A stretch of 64,000 nucleotides of DNA from Vulcanimicrobiota bacterium. GTDB lineage: Bacteria; Vulcanimicrobiota; Vulcanimicrobiia; Vulcanimicrobiales; Vulcanimicrobiaceae. The position numbers and the translations under genes were made by a program. Numbering within the stretch: position 1 is the stretch's first letter; each line of letters begins with the position of its first letter. The stretch spans positions 32,001-96,000 of the forward strand of contig CAWAXX010000023.1 of the NCBI GenBank assembly GCA_963786105.1. The letters run 5' to 3'. The notes below the pieces were generated by a model. It searched no databases, had not been told where the DNA came from, and was given only the letters and a program-made list of their open reading frames with translations. Shown here piece after piece: positions 20,716 through 30,580 of this stretch.

Positions 20716-22343
20716 GCGTTCCAGGATTCCGTAACCGGATTAGGGTCGAATCCCTTGAAATCGACGCTCACCGGCTCCATCGAGCGCGTCCACCAAAAGA
20801 AGATTTGGGGATTGTCGCGCGCCAGCAGCTCTTGGATCTTGTAGTACGCAGCGGTTCGCGACGGGCGATCGTATTCGGTGAGGGCGGCTTTTTGCGCGCT
20901 TTGCATTTCGGGCGTGCAGTAGCGCGAATAGTTGTAACCGCCCGGCGGAACGTTTTCGCACATGTACTGCGAGCTGTTGTCGGGATCGACGCCCGCGTAC
21001 CAACCTGCCAGCGAGAGATCGAATCGTCCCAGTTGCAGGATGCCTCCCATACCCGCGGGCGCGAACAGCGTGTCTCCCGTGTAGTACTTGATATCCGTGC
21101 CGATACCGGCTTGTTTGAGCATCGCTTGGAGCTGAAGGCTGGCCTCGCGGCGGGTCGCGTTGGAATTATTTGAAACCATCAGCAGCTCGAGAACTTGCCC
21201 GTTCTTGCGCATGATGCCGTCGGGGCCGGGCGCCCAACCGGCGCTACGCAAGAGTTCGCGCGCTTTGACGGGGTCGTGCGGATACGAGCGTACCTCGGGG
21301 TTGAAGGCCCACATCCAATCCGGAATATCCTCGGTGGCGACTTTCATCACGCCATGCGTCAGGGTGGACGTGAGCTGCTGCTTATCGATCGAGTAGGCGA
21401 TCGCTTCGCGAACCACCCGATCCGTTAGGAGCGGGCGCGCGAGGTTCATCTGAACCGACTCGTAGCCGTTGACGTTGACGAAATCCAACTTGACGTCGGG
21501 CGCCGACTGAAGTGCCGGATAGGTGTTGGGCGAGGCTTGGAACATGTAGTCGATCGAGTGGGTCTTGAGAAGATTTACCGACGTGTTCTCGTCGGGAATA
21601 ACTTTAATGTCGATCCGCTGGAGCCCGGGTTTGCCCATGAAGAATCCGTCGTTGCGAATCAGCGTGACGTGGTCTCCCCGCGACCACTGCACGAAGCGGA
21701 ACGGGCCATCGCTGACGCTGGGCTCGTTGTTGAACGGGATCTGATTCATGTTCGGGTATTTCGAGAGCACGTGGGCGGGCGCGACCGGAAACGGCTGATC
21801 GCTCATGGCAAAGAACGTGTTGACGAAGGGCGCGAACTTCGTCTTCAAGCGAACGACTACGGTGGAGTCGTTCGGCGTATCGATGCCTCGTACGTAATCG
21901 TAACCGTGCCGCGAGACGACGTTGTTGTTGGGGTTCATGATCGCTTGCCACGACCATTTGACGTCGTTCGACGTCACCGGCACTCCGTCGGTCCACTTGG
22001 CGCCCTTGCGCAGGTGATACGTCACGGTCAAACCATCCGCCGAGATGCCGCCATTTTCGGTGGACGGAACGGTGGTGGCTAGGATCGGGACCGGGTTGCC
22101 TTTGTCGTCGGCCGAGAGCAACGGCTCGAACAGCAGGAACGCGATGAAGCCGTCGGTCGTATTCGAGTTGAGAAGGGGGTTGAGATTCTTGACGTCGCTT
22201 TGAATCGCCACCCGCAACAGGCCGGGTTGCGTCCACGAATGACGACCTCCCGTCGACTGGTTCCCAGTTTTGCTGCATCCGCATGTGGCCGCCGTCATCG
22301 CCGCGACCGTCGCGATCCCGATGATTTGTCGAACGAAACGCAC
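20697..22343 (-). CDS. Peptide ABC transporter substrate-binding lipoprotein (family 5)
   Basis: Lipobox-like TCGC, KWTDGVPVTSNDV, GPFRF, VREAIAYSID. Confidence 0.9.
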   Translation of the reverse strand: MRFVRQIIGIATVAAMTAATCGCSKTGNQSTGGRHSWTQPGLLRVAIQSDVKNLNPLLNSNTTDGFIAFLLFEPLLSADDKGNPVPILATTVPSTENGGISADGLTVTYHLRKGAKWTDGVPVTSNDVKWSWQAIMNPNNNVVSRHGYDYVRGIDTPNDSTVVVRLKTKFAPFVNTFFAMSDQPFPVAPAHVLSKYPNMNQIPFNNEPSVSDGPFRFVQWSRGDHVTLIRNDGFFMGKPGLQRIDIKVIPDENTSVNLLKTHSIDYMFQASPNTYPALQSAPDVKLDFVNVNGYESVQMNLARPLLTDRVVREAIAYSIDKQQLTSTLTHGVMKVATEDIPDWMWAFNPEVRSYPHDPVKARELLRSAGWAPGPDGIMRKNGQVLELLMVSNNSNATRREASLQLQAMLKQAGIGTDIKYYTGDTLFAPAGMGGILQLGRFDLSLAGWYAGVDPDNSSQYMCENVPPGGYNYSRYCTPEMQSAQKAALTEYDRPSRTAAYYKIQELLARDNPQIFFWWTRSMEPVSVDFKGFDPNPVTESWNAWQWSI

Positions 22344-22359
22344 GGGGTTTACCGCGCTC

Positions 22360-24396
22360 CTACACTGCGGCTTTGGGAGCGACGCGATTGCCGGGAACCG
22401 GATCGTAGCGCTCGTGGCGCCATGAATACGTTCCGCGCCCTTGCGTCGCCGTGCGAAGTTCGGTGATGTACCGCGACAGCTCGACTTGCGGAACGTAGGC
22501 CTCGACGAGATCGAAGCCGGGTCGATCGGCCGGGTTCATTCCGAGGATTTGACCGCGTTTACCGGTCAGCTGCTGTATGACGGCCGACGTATACGCGCTC
22601 GGAACTTCGACCTTCACCGTAACGATCGGTTCGAGCACGACCGGATTGCATTTCGGGAGTGCGTCTCGAACCCCCATACCGGCTGCCGTCTTGAACGATT
22701 GCTCGCTCGAGTCGACGTCGTGATATTGGCCGTCGAACAGGGTGACGTGCAGGTCGGTGATGGGATGGCCACCCGGACCGTGGGCGAGCGCTTCGCGTAC
22801 GCCTTTCTCCACCGCGGGAATGAACTGTCGCGGGACGACGCCGCCGACGATCTTGTCCTCGAAGGTAACCCCCGCGCCGCGCTCGCGCGGTTCGAAACGC
22901 AGCCACACGTCGCCGAACTGACCGTGGCCGCCGGTTTGATGTTTGTACCGCGAATGAATCTCGGCAGACCCGGTGATCGTTTCCAAATACGGAATCGACG
23001 GCGGCGCCGTGTCTACTTCGACCTTGTACTTGCGCGCCAGGCGTTCGACCGCGATCGAGACGTGTTGCTCGCCGCTTCCGAGCAAGAGCAGCTCGTGGGT
23101 GATCTCCGCGCGTTGCAACCGCAACGCGGGATCCTCGTCAACGATGCGCGCGAGCATCTGCGAAATCTTCGCCTCGTCGATGCGCTCTTTCGGCTTGACG
23201 GCAACCGCAAAGACGGGCTCGGCGACCGGAACCCGCGCCAGCAAGACTTTATGGCCGTTCGAGGTCAGAGTATCGCCGGTCGATACCGCTTCCAGACGCG
23301 CCAGCGCGACGAGCGAACCGGGACCGGCTTCCGGGATGGCCTCCTGTTTCTTGCCCTGGAGGCGGTAAAGGCCGCCGAGGCGCACTTTTTCGCCGTCTCG
23401 CGTAACGTCGGCGAGGGTCGCGTCGGATTTGAGCGTTCCCGAAAGAATGCGTGCGATCGAAAGCTTTCCGCTTTGCGGGTGAATCGTGGTCTTGACGACT
23501 TGGGCAATCACCGGACCGGCAGGGTCGGCGGGGATTTCGCGGCCTTCCGCATCGGCTTTCGGAGCGTCGGCGGGCGACGGGAACCACTTTTTCATGGCGC
23601 GTACGAGGGCGGCGACGCCGGCGCCCGACGCTCCCGAAGCGACGAGGACGGGAACGATTTGATCGTGGGCGCACTCTTCGCAAAGATCGCGTTCGACTTC
23701 TTCAAGGGGCGGTTCCACGCCCTCGAGCAGTTCCTCCATCAGATGATCGTCGAAATCGGCGATGGCTTCCAATAATTCGCCGCGCGCCTTTTGGGCTTGC
23801 GCCGCCACGTCTTCGGGAATGGCGTCGTCGGTTTCGCGGTCTCCGTCGAAACGTCGCGCCTTCATGCCGGCGAGGTCGACGTATCCTTGAAACTGCTCGG
23901 CATTTCCGATCGGCAATTGCTCGGCGACCACGTGGCGCCCGTAGGCGTCTTGCAGTGCCGCCAGCGTGCCGGCGAAGTCGGCGCCCGGACGGTCCATCTT
24001 GTTGATGACGAAGAGATGCGGCATGCGTCCCGCTTCGAGGAAATCGACGACCGCCTGCGTTTGAACGACGCGAGCGGGATCGGCTTCCACCACCACGACG
24101 GCGGCGTCGACGCCGCAAAGCGCGGCCTTGGTCTCTCCGAAGAAGTCGACGAATCCCGGGCAGTCGACGATGGTGATGTCGACGTCGTCCGAGGTGGCGT
24201 GGGCGAACCCGACGGTCGTAGATTGCACGTGGGCGACGTCTTCGGGCTCGTGATCGGTAACCGTCGTTCCCTCGGCAATCGAACCTCGGCGCCCGATCGC
24301 AGCCGTGTGCGCCAGAACCGCCTCAACGAGGGTTGTCTTGCCTGCGTGATGGGGACCTACGAAAGCAATATTGCGTAGGCGAGCGATATCCGCCAT
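22360..24396 (-). CDS. Elongation factor G paralog (EF-G2 type)
   Basis: GPHHAGKTT, DCPG, NKMD, KHQTGGHGQF, HDVDSS; lacks the canonical RGITI switch I. Confidence 0.9.
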   Translation of the reverse strand: MADIARLRNIAFVGPHHAGKTTLVEAVLAHTAAIGRRGSIAEGTTVTDHEPEDVAHVQSTTVGFAHATSDDVDITIVDCPGFVDFFGETKAALCGVDAAVVVVEADPARVVQTQAVVDFLEAGRMPHLFVINKMDRPGADFAGTLAALQDAYGRHVVAEQLPIGNAEQFQGYVDLAGMKARRFDGDRETDDAIPEDVAAQAQKARGELLEAIADFDDHLMEELLEGVEPPLEEVERDLCEECAHDQIVPVLVASGASGAGVAALVRAMKKWFPSPADAPKADAEGREIPADPAGPVIAQVVKTTIHPQSGKLSIARILSGTLKSDATLADVTRDGEKVRLGGLYRLQGKKQEAIPEAGPGSLVALARLEAVSTGDTLTSNGHKVLLARVPVAEPVFAVAVKPKERIDEAKISQMLARIVDEDPALRLQRAEITHELLLLGSGEQHVSIAVERLARKYKVEVDTAPPSIPYLETITGSAEIHSRYKHQTGGHGQFGDVWLRFEPRERGAGVTFEDKIVGGVVPRQFIPAVEKGVREALAHGPGGHPITDLHVTLFDGQYHDVDSSEQSFKTAAGMGVRDALPKCNPVVLEPIVTVKVEVPSAYTSAVIQQLTGKRGQILGMNPADRPGFDLVEAYVPQVELSRYITELRTATQGRGTYSWRHERYDPVPGNRVAPKAAV

Positions 24397-24426
24397 CCCA
24401 CTCTCCTTTAAGAAACTTCTCGGCGT

Positions 24427-26040
24427 CTAGCGACGCCGAGACGTTGTTTTTTTCTTGGTTGCCGAACCCTTGCTCGGGGCTTTCGACGGTTTGCGGACGA
24501 CCTTTTTCACCGGCGGTTTCGGCGCGCGCTTTTTTGGCTTGCCCGCTGCCTTCACCACGGCGCGTTTTACGGGCGCGCGTTTCTTCGGCACGGCTTTAGC
24601 CCGAAGGGGCTTTTTCTTGCTTGCCGGGCGAGCGGCTTTGGCCGGCTTGCGCGCCGCCGGGGCGCTCTGGGCTCTTGCCGGAGGCTTGGTCACCTTCGAC
24701 CGAGATTTCGCGGATTTTGCGGCCTGCTTCACCGCGGGGACCGGAGGTTTCTTGAGAACCACCGCAGGTTTGGCCGGCTTTTTTTTGGCCGGCGGTGGGG
24801 CGGCGGTGCGCGCGGCTTTGGCCTTGCCCGAAGAAGACGACGACTCTGGCGTACGCCGCGACGTGCTCTTTGGCGGCGTCTCCGCGCGCTTGCCGGAGCG
24901 CGCCGGACCGCTCGTACGCTTTGAAGCCGCTTCGCGGGCCGCGCGAGCGCTTTCGCGCCGCGCCGACGCCGGCATTTCGGCCTGCTCGGGCAGACCGAGT
25001 TCGGCTCGCCCAAATCCGGTGATGCTGCTTCCCGGAACGAACGTTTCCCGCGTCTTCGCTTGGGCTTCGAGGTGCTCGGGGGTCGCGCGCAGCGCAACCC
25101 GCGCCAGGCGACCTCCTACTGGGAACACGATCTCGTTGATCTTGGCGTCGTCGAGCATTTTCAGCACGACGTCGAAAGCGTTCCCTTGGTCTTTCGGGCT
25201 GTGCGCGTCGGAACCGATCGCGATACCGACGCCGAGGGCTTTGGCTTTGCGCACTAGTCGCGCGTTGGCGTCGAGATACTTCTTCTTGAGGTCGGCGGGG
25301 TTGTCGCGATACAGGAAGCGGGTGTTGACCTCAACGGCGAGTCCGCGCGAGTGGCAGACCGTCAAGAGGCGGTCCTCATACTCTTCCAGTCGCTTTTGAG
25401 CGGGCCAGCGGCCCAGGTGCGCCGGCGAGTAGAACTGGCCGACGATGTGCGCCGGCAATTTCTCGAGATCGTCGAGCAGCTTGGCGGCGTACAACTCCCA
25501 CAGTCTGTCGGGGCCGACGACATCGTGAAGTTGGGCAAATTCGTCGTTGTCGAAGGCCCACGCCCAATCGGCGCCTTTTTCGGGATGGTCGATAGTGACG
25601 AAGTTGACCGAGCGAATGAGTCCGTCCGGACGCATCGCGTCGACGATGTTTTGCGCGTCGGGTCTGGCGCGGGGATCATTGTCGACTTCCGCGCCGATAG
25701 AGAAGCGCATGCCGCGGCGCAGCGCCTCGGAAACGAAGAACGCATGGGGCACGTCGACGCCGGCCGTCTCCGCTGCGCCGTGGAGATCGCCGGCGTGTGC
25801 GAGCTTGAGCGCGCGGCGCACCGTGTTCACCGCGCCGGGATCTTCAAAGGTGAGATAGTTGATGTGGTCGGCGACCATCAAAAAACGGGGCGAATTACGC
25901 CGGCAAGCGTGGTAAAACCATAGGAAAAGCATCCGAGCTGAATACGCAATCGGACGCTCCTCGGCGAAAGGCCGGTGTTCCCCTTTAGCGTGGCCGTGAA
26001 CGTCGGGGATGGCCGCAATACGTGGGTCGCTCAGGGGCAC
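24427..26040 (-). CDS. PHP-domain phosphoesterase with Lys/Ala/Pro-rich histone-H1-like C-terminal tail
   Basis: DVHGH, ADH, GAEVD, EVNT, GSDAH; roughly 180 aa basic low-complexity tail. Confidence 0.75.
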   Translation of the reverse strand: MPLSDPRIAAIPDVHGHAKGEHRPFAEERPIAYSARMLFLWFYHACRRNSPRFLMVADHINYLTFEDPGAVNTVRRALKLAHAGDLHGAAETAGVDVPHAFFVSEALRRGMRFSIGAEVDNDPRARPDAQNIVDAMRPDGLIRSVNFVTIDHPEKGADWAWAFDNDEFAQLHDVVGPDRLWELYAAKLLDDLEKLPAHIVGQFYSPAHLGRWPAQKRLEEYEDRLLTVCHSRGLAVEVNTRFLYRDNPADLKKKYLDANARLVRKAKALGVGIAIGSDAHSPKDQGNAFDVVLKMLDDAKINEIVFPVGGRLARVALRATPEHLEAQAKTRETFVPGSSITGFGRAELGLPEQAEMPASARRESARAAREAASKRTSGPARSGKRAETPPKSTSRRTPESSSSSGKAKAARTAAPPPAKKKPAKPAVVLKKPPVPAVKQAAKSAKSRSKVTKPPARAQSAPAARKPAKAARPASKKKPLRAKAVPKKRAPVKRAVVKAAGKPKKRAPKPPVKKVVRKPSKAPSKGSATKKKTTSRRR

Positions 26041-26131
26041 TCATTCCTTCGTATCGCGCAAGGATCGATGAAAACGTACGTTGCCACCTTCGCTAAGGTT
26101 GGCGCCGACTGACCATTCCCCTCCGAAGGAG

Positions 26132-26884
26132 TCAAAGGGAAGCGTCGATTTTATTCGCCCTGTAGCCTTCCATTTCGAGGAGCCGAGCCTTCATGTCGAG
26201 TCCGTAGTAATAGTCGTGAAGGGCACCGGACGAATCCACGACGCGGTGGCACGGGAACAGCAGCGGCAGCGGATTGCGCGCCATGACGCGTCCGACTGCG
26301 CGCGCCGCGCGCGGGCGGCCGATCTGCATCGCCACCCACGAGTACGAACGCACTTCGCCTGGCGGGATCTGAGCCGTCGCGCGTAGAGCCGCTTGCTCGA
26401 ACGGCGTTAAATCGCTGATGTCGACCATCGCGTCTTCCACCTTCCAGGTGTGGAAGAATCGGTCGAGCGTCTCGCGTAACCAGCCGGGAGCGTCGCCGAC
26501 GACGACAGGCCGGCGCAAACGCCGCTCGACTCGCTCGCGAACCGCTTCCATCGAGTCGCCGGTGTCGATGCCGATGTAGGCGATACGATTTTCCTTGAAT
26601 CCAACGTGCACGCGCCCGATCGGCGTGTCGGCCGCACAAAGCAGGATCGGCGTGCGATTCTTGAGCTTGATCGTGGCGATGTGTTCGACGACTTTCTTTG
26701 TGAGGTTGCACGACGGCTCGGGCTGCGGTAGACAGGAGAGGCAGTAAGCCACGCCCTCGAACTCTTGGTAGAGCTCTTGGCAGGGCGGGCACGCAAGGAG
26801 ATGGGTGTGAACGGTCTCTTTGAGCGACTTTTGGCAGTCGCCGCGGATTTCGTCCCACATAGCCTCGACGTCACGACAGCGCAT
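26132..26884 (-). CDS. Zinc-finger anti-sigma (HxxxCxxC) domain fused to methylated-DNA-protein-cysteine methyltransferase
   Basis: N-terminal MRC...HLLACPPC; C-terminal IPPGEVRSY, ARAVG, NPLPLLFPCHRVV. Confidence 0.88.
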   Translation of the reverse strand: MRCRDVEAMWDEIRGDCQKSLKETVHTHLLACPPCQELYQEFEGVAYCLSCLPQPEPSCNLTKKVVEHIATIKLKNRTPILLCAADTPIGRVHVGFKENRIAYIGIDTGDSMEAVRERVERRLRRPVVVGDAPGWLRETLDRFFHTWKVEDAMVDISDLTPFEQAALRATAQIPPGEVRSYSWVAMQIGRPRAARAVGRVMARNPLPLLFPCHRVVDSSGALHDYYYGLDMKARLLEMEGYRANKIDASL

Positions 26885-27542
26885 GCAGGGGTGCTCCTTC
26901 GGGGGTAAATCGTCCAATTTGGGGGCCGAGAATGCGCCGCAGAATACGGACCGCGCGGTGCACGTGCGACTTCACCGTGCCGATGGGCTGGTGCAGGATT
27001 TCGGCGATCTCCGGGTGGCTTCGGCCCTCGATAAAGCGTAGCGTCGCGGCGGCGCGCAGGTGCATCGGAAGTTGCATGAGCGCTCTTTCCACCAAGGCAA
27101 CCTCGGTGTTTCGCTCGACGATCGTTTCGGGCTGGGGTGGGCCTTCGTTAGATTCGCGCAGCAGAGCGTCTGGATCGGCGAGGGCGTCAAGGGCCACGTT
27201 GGAAGGCCGCTTGCTCCTGAGCCGATTCCTGGTGACGTTCAGTGTGATCGTATAGAGCCACGGTTGCAACCGCAACTCCGAGCGCTGCTCGGACGACATC
27301 TTCCCAAGAGCCCGATAAGCACGAACGAACGCATCCTGCACGATCTCCTCGGCGTCTTCGCGGTTGCCGGTCATGCGTAAAGCGAAACCGTAGAGGCGAC
27401 GCTGGTAGTCGTCGACGATCCGCTCGAATCCATCGATGCTCGGAACGGACGGACCCGCCAGCCGAGCGGCCGCGGACTTCCCCGTCGGAACCGCTGAAGG
27501 CACGTGTACTCCCCGCAGGAGCGGTGCCGCAAGCGCACTCAT
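26871..27542 (-). CDS. ECF RNA polymerase sigma factor
   Basis: Region 2 (DAEEIVQDAFVRAY, WLYTITLN) and region 4 (EIAEILHQPIGTVKSHVHRA). Confidence 0.93.
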   Translation of the reverse strand: MSALAAPLLRGVHVPSAVPTGKSAAARLAGPSVPSIDGFERIVDDYQRRLYGFALRMTGNREDAEEIVQDAFVRAYRALGKMSSEQRSELRLQPWLYTITLNVTRNRLRSKRPSNVALDALADPDALLRESNEGPPQPETIVERNTEVALVERALMQLPMHLRAAATLRFIEGRSHPEIAEILHQPIGTVKSHVHRAVRILRRILGPQIGRFTPEGAPLHALS

Positions 27543-27695
27543 ACAGGTGCTCGGACCACCGCCGCCTGCCGCCTGGTTTCACATGCGCCCCGAAAACTCC
27601 TGAGAGGCCGCCCGAACGACCCCAGGAAGATGACGACCTTCCTCCAAAGGTGGGCCCATGACGCTGTCTCCGGCCGGCCGTCTCGAACGACCTAC

Positions 27696-27730
27696 AACCG
27701 CTTCCGCCTGCAATGAGGAAGCGGTTTTTT
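27696..27730 (+). terminator. Rho-independent terminator
   Basis: AACCGCTTCC/GGAAGCGGTT stem running into a T6 tract. Confidence 0.7.
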
Positions 27731-27805
27731 ATTTCGTCAGCGCGCGCGCTGACGCCGGAACTTGGGAAGCGCAGGTTTCACGCTGAATGAAGAGGTGGGC
27801 CATCT

Positions 27806-28198
27806 ATGGGACTAACCATCGAACCGACGGAGATCTCGTTCGACGCGTACACGATGTGCAGTTTTCTTCCGAATCTCGATTCGACCCGCGCGATACCCCT
27901 CGTGCTCATCGGCTACCGTCAAAACGAAGACCCATGGTTCGTTTGGCTCGTTCCTAAGGAAGGCGTTTCTCCCGAAGGGCTAACCGGCGATCCGTACTAT
28001 GCGAAAGTTCTGCGCGATCCGTTAGCGTATTTTCGCAAGAAGCTCGGAAAGTACGTTGAGGAAACGGGCTGCGTCAAGCGCGGGATCGAAATGCTCATCA
28101 ACTGCCACCAAAATCACTTGGCGTTCACGCCGCTTACAGAGTTGGGCGAGACGCCCTTTCGCCACCCGTTGCAAGTGGAGTTGGTAGAGGCGTTCTAA
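27806..28198 (+). CDS. Hypothetical protein
   Basis: 130-aa ATG ORF with GAGG upstream; no recognised motif. Confidence 0.55.
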   Translation: MGLTIEPTEISFDAYTMCSFLPNLDSTRAIPLVLIGYRQNEDPWFVWLVPKEGVSPEGLTGDPYYAKVLRDPLAYFRKKLGKYVEETGCVKRGIEMLINCHQNHLAFTPLTELGETPFRHPLQVELVEAF

Positions 28199-28913
28199 CC
28201 CCTTGGGCGTTTGCCGGAGCCGGGGAACTTTGCGTACTCGACGCGTGAATGGAGCGGCGGTAGACGATTCGTACCGGCACCGTTTCCGACCCGTCGTGGA
28301 GTTGCGCGACGATGGTCAGCGTCGCGTCGAGCGACAGCAGCATCGCGTCGTCGAGCGAGTAGTACGCCATACCGTCCATGCGCATGTGCCCCGACATGGT
28401 CGCGTTGGCCCGGGTGGGCATCGGCGCGGTCATCGGTCCGTCCGCTTCGAATCGCACGGCGACCGCCGGACGGCCGCCGATTCTGCCGCTCGTCCCCGGC
28501 CGTAGAAATCCACGCAGCACGGCTTGCCCACCCAGCGGCGACGTTGCCGAGAAGGGGACCGGCCCGTGGAGGTTTCGCAAGTCGCGTATCGTGACGTCGT
28601 CCAACTGAACCGCAAATGGTTGGTTGAGCACGGTCAAGAAATCGGGATCGTCATCGATCCGATCCTCGAACGTTCCGTTGGGCAGCAGCTCCTGCACGAA
28701 ACGCGCGTTGACGTGCGTACTGCCGTCGGCGGCACTGCGCGCGTAGCGGGCTTGAGCGTCGTACCGAGTGCGGTTGCCCTGGCGCTCGACGGTGAGACGT
28801 TGTCTTCCGGCGTACGCGACTCGGGAAACAACGCCGGCCGACCCAACGTGATAAACGTCCTCGCCGCTGACGTCGTATTGCTGGTCCGCGAGTGCGGGCC
28901 GAACCGTCGCCAA
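28134..28913 (-). CDS. Hypothetical exported protein (true start unclear)
   Basis: Signal-peptide-like N-terminus extending upstream in frame; beta-rich body. Confidence 0.55.
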   Translation of the reverse strand: MATVRPALADQQYDVSGEDVYHVGSAGVVSRVAYAGRQRLTVERQGNRTRYDAQARYARSAADGSTHVNARFVQELLPNGTFEDRIDDDPDFLTVLNQPFAVQLDDVTIRDLRNLHGPVPFSATSPLGGQAVLRGFLRPGTSGRIGGRPAVAVRFEADGPMTAPMPTRANATMSGHMRMDGMAYYSLDDAMLLSLDATLTIVAQLHDGSETVPVRIVYRRSIHASSTQSSPAPANAQGVRTPLPTPLATGGERASRPTL

Positions 28914-29023
28914 TAGCGCAGCGATCAGAAACCCGGCTACTCTGATTCGGGGGAGTGAAATGGCGCGCTCCGTTTCGAAATGGGCCGTTTCTCTTTACAC
29001 TATCACCCGCTGCAAGTGAGGTT

Positions 29024-29347
29024 TTAGCGGAGCGTTCCGGCGTGCCGGCGCCGGCCGATATAGAAACGCACGTCGACGGTGCCGCCGCATACGACCACGG
29101 CGTCGGCGTCGGCGAAGCGGCGCCCTTCGATCTCGACGGTGAAGTCGCCCTCGGCGAGGCCTGCGAGCGTGCGACGAATGCTGCGGAGAAACTTGTCGTG
29201 AGGAGCGCGCGTTCCGATCGCTTCGCGAACGGCCAGCGCGATGAGTTCCCCAACGCGCAGTGGCGTGGCGAGCGCAAAGGCCGCCGAGCCGTCCGTAGCG
29301 ACGGCGTGGAGATCGAGCGGTACCCGCACGCGAATCACACACATCAT
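29024..29347 (-). CDS. Hypothetical protein
   Basis: 107-aa ORF with plausible composition. Confidence 0.45.
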   Translation of the reverse strand: MMCVIRVRVPLDLHAVATDGSAAFALATPLRVGELIALAVREAIGTRAPHDKFLRSIRRTLAGLAEGDFTVEIEGRRFADADAVVVCGGTVDVRFYIGRRRHAGTLR

Positions 29348-29396
29348 TTTCTGCTGCTTCGAGGAGCTGCCTGCCGGCGGGGATAACCGTAGAGGC

Positions 29397-29795
29397 GTGT
29401 CCCAACTCGGGAATGTGCCGGCCGACGTGCTGGTGGGTACCGTCGAGAAGCTCGTCGCCAAAATGGACGAGACCGACCTCGCCACCGTCTACGAGCGCGA
29501 CCTGTCCGCCATGCCGGCCGACGCGTTCGGCGCTTTCGTCGAAGCGATGTTCGACGCGTTCCGCGAGCGCGGTGAATCCTCCGAAGACGCGGTCGAAGGC
29601 GCCGGCACGACGCTCGAGGGAATTGCGCAACGCGACGCCCGCGCCGTGAGCGCGTTACTGGAATATGCGCGCACGAATCCCGGCCTCCTGAAGGAGGCGA
29701 CCACCCTCTTCGTCGAGCAACGTCCCGATCTCGTTGCAACGCTTCCAGCGATGCTGTACGGCGCTATCGCCGAGCGGTTGTCACCCGTCACGTGA
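29397..29795 (+). CDS. Hypothetical acidic helical protein
   Basis: GTG start after AGAGG; GTGA overlap with the next gene. Confidence 0.55.
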   Translation: MSQLGNVPADVLVGTVEKLVAKMDETDLATVYERDLSAMPADAFGAFVEAMFDAFRERGESSEDAVEGAGTTLEGIAQRDARAVSALLEYARTNPGLLKEATTLFVEQRPDLVATLPAMLYGAIAERLSPVT

Positions 29796-30580
29796 GCGGC
29801 GCTCCGCGTCGCCGGCGCTCCGACGACGATTCGGGTGGAGGCGGCGGTCTGCCGCTGTTCCCGCTCGTCGTGATCGTCATTTTTGCAGGGTTGTTGCTCG
29901 GGGGTTTGTTGGCACACTTCTTCGGAGGTTCGGCAAGCCCGCCGAAAGCGGCACCGAGCTCGCAGACCGCGGCGGTGGTCGCGACCCCGACGCCGTTCGC
30001 GCTCGTCACGCCGCTACCGCGTTCCTCACCGAAGCCGCGGAGCTCGAGCGTGCCCTCACCGAAAGCGTCGACATCGCCGACGCCCTTGCCGACGCCAACG
30101 GTCACGCCCACGCCCGCCAGGAGTGCGGCCGTCTCGCCAAAGCCGTCAGTTTCGGCGACGGCACGCGGCGTCGCGGTGGTGACCCCGGCGGCGTCACGTA
30201 CGCCGGCGGTTAAGCGGACGGCCGCGGTCGTTACCGCCGCGCCCGCGACGCCGGCGCGCGCTGCTGCCGTAACGCCGGTTCCCAACTACGTTTCGCCCGG
30301 CCCCGATCAGGCTGCAGGGATCGTTCGCTCGTATCTCGGCGCGTTGGCGCGTGGGGATCGAGCGACCGCCACGTCATATTTGGCGCGCGGCCTCCCGGGG
30401 GAAACGTTCATGGATTCGAGCGCTCGCGTCGTTTCGGTGCGGCCGAGCACGGTCGGTTCACAATACAGAGTAACCGCCGACGTCCAAACGTCAAGCGGCG
30501 AATACTCCGTAACGTTCATGCTTGAACCCGGCGCCGGCGGTCTGCAAATTATCGACCACTACTCAATAAAAACCCCATAG
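29792..30580 (+). CDS. Membrane-anchored Pro/Thr/Ala-rich protein with small C-terminal domain
   Basis: N-terminal TM segment, long P/T/A linker. Confidence 0.65.
   Translation: MSGAPRRRRSDDDSGGGGGLPLFPLVVIVIFAGLLLGGLLAHFFGGSASPPKAAPSSQTAAVVATPTPFALVTPLPRSSPKPRSSSVPSPKASTSPTPLPTPTVTPTPARSAAVSPKPSVSATARGVAVVTPAASRTPAVKRTAAVVTAAPATPARAAAVTPVPNYVSPGPDQAAGIVRSYLGALARGDRATATSYLARGLPGETFMDSSARVVSVRPSTVGSQYRVTADVQTSSGEYSVTFMLEPGAGGLQIIDHYSIKTP

Noticed and set aside
27545..27640. TPP riboswitch-like GGTGC...CTGAGA...ACCC
   Set aside because: Lacks the GAACCTGA and downstream conserved core; no thiamine gene follows.
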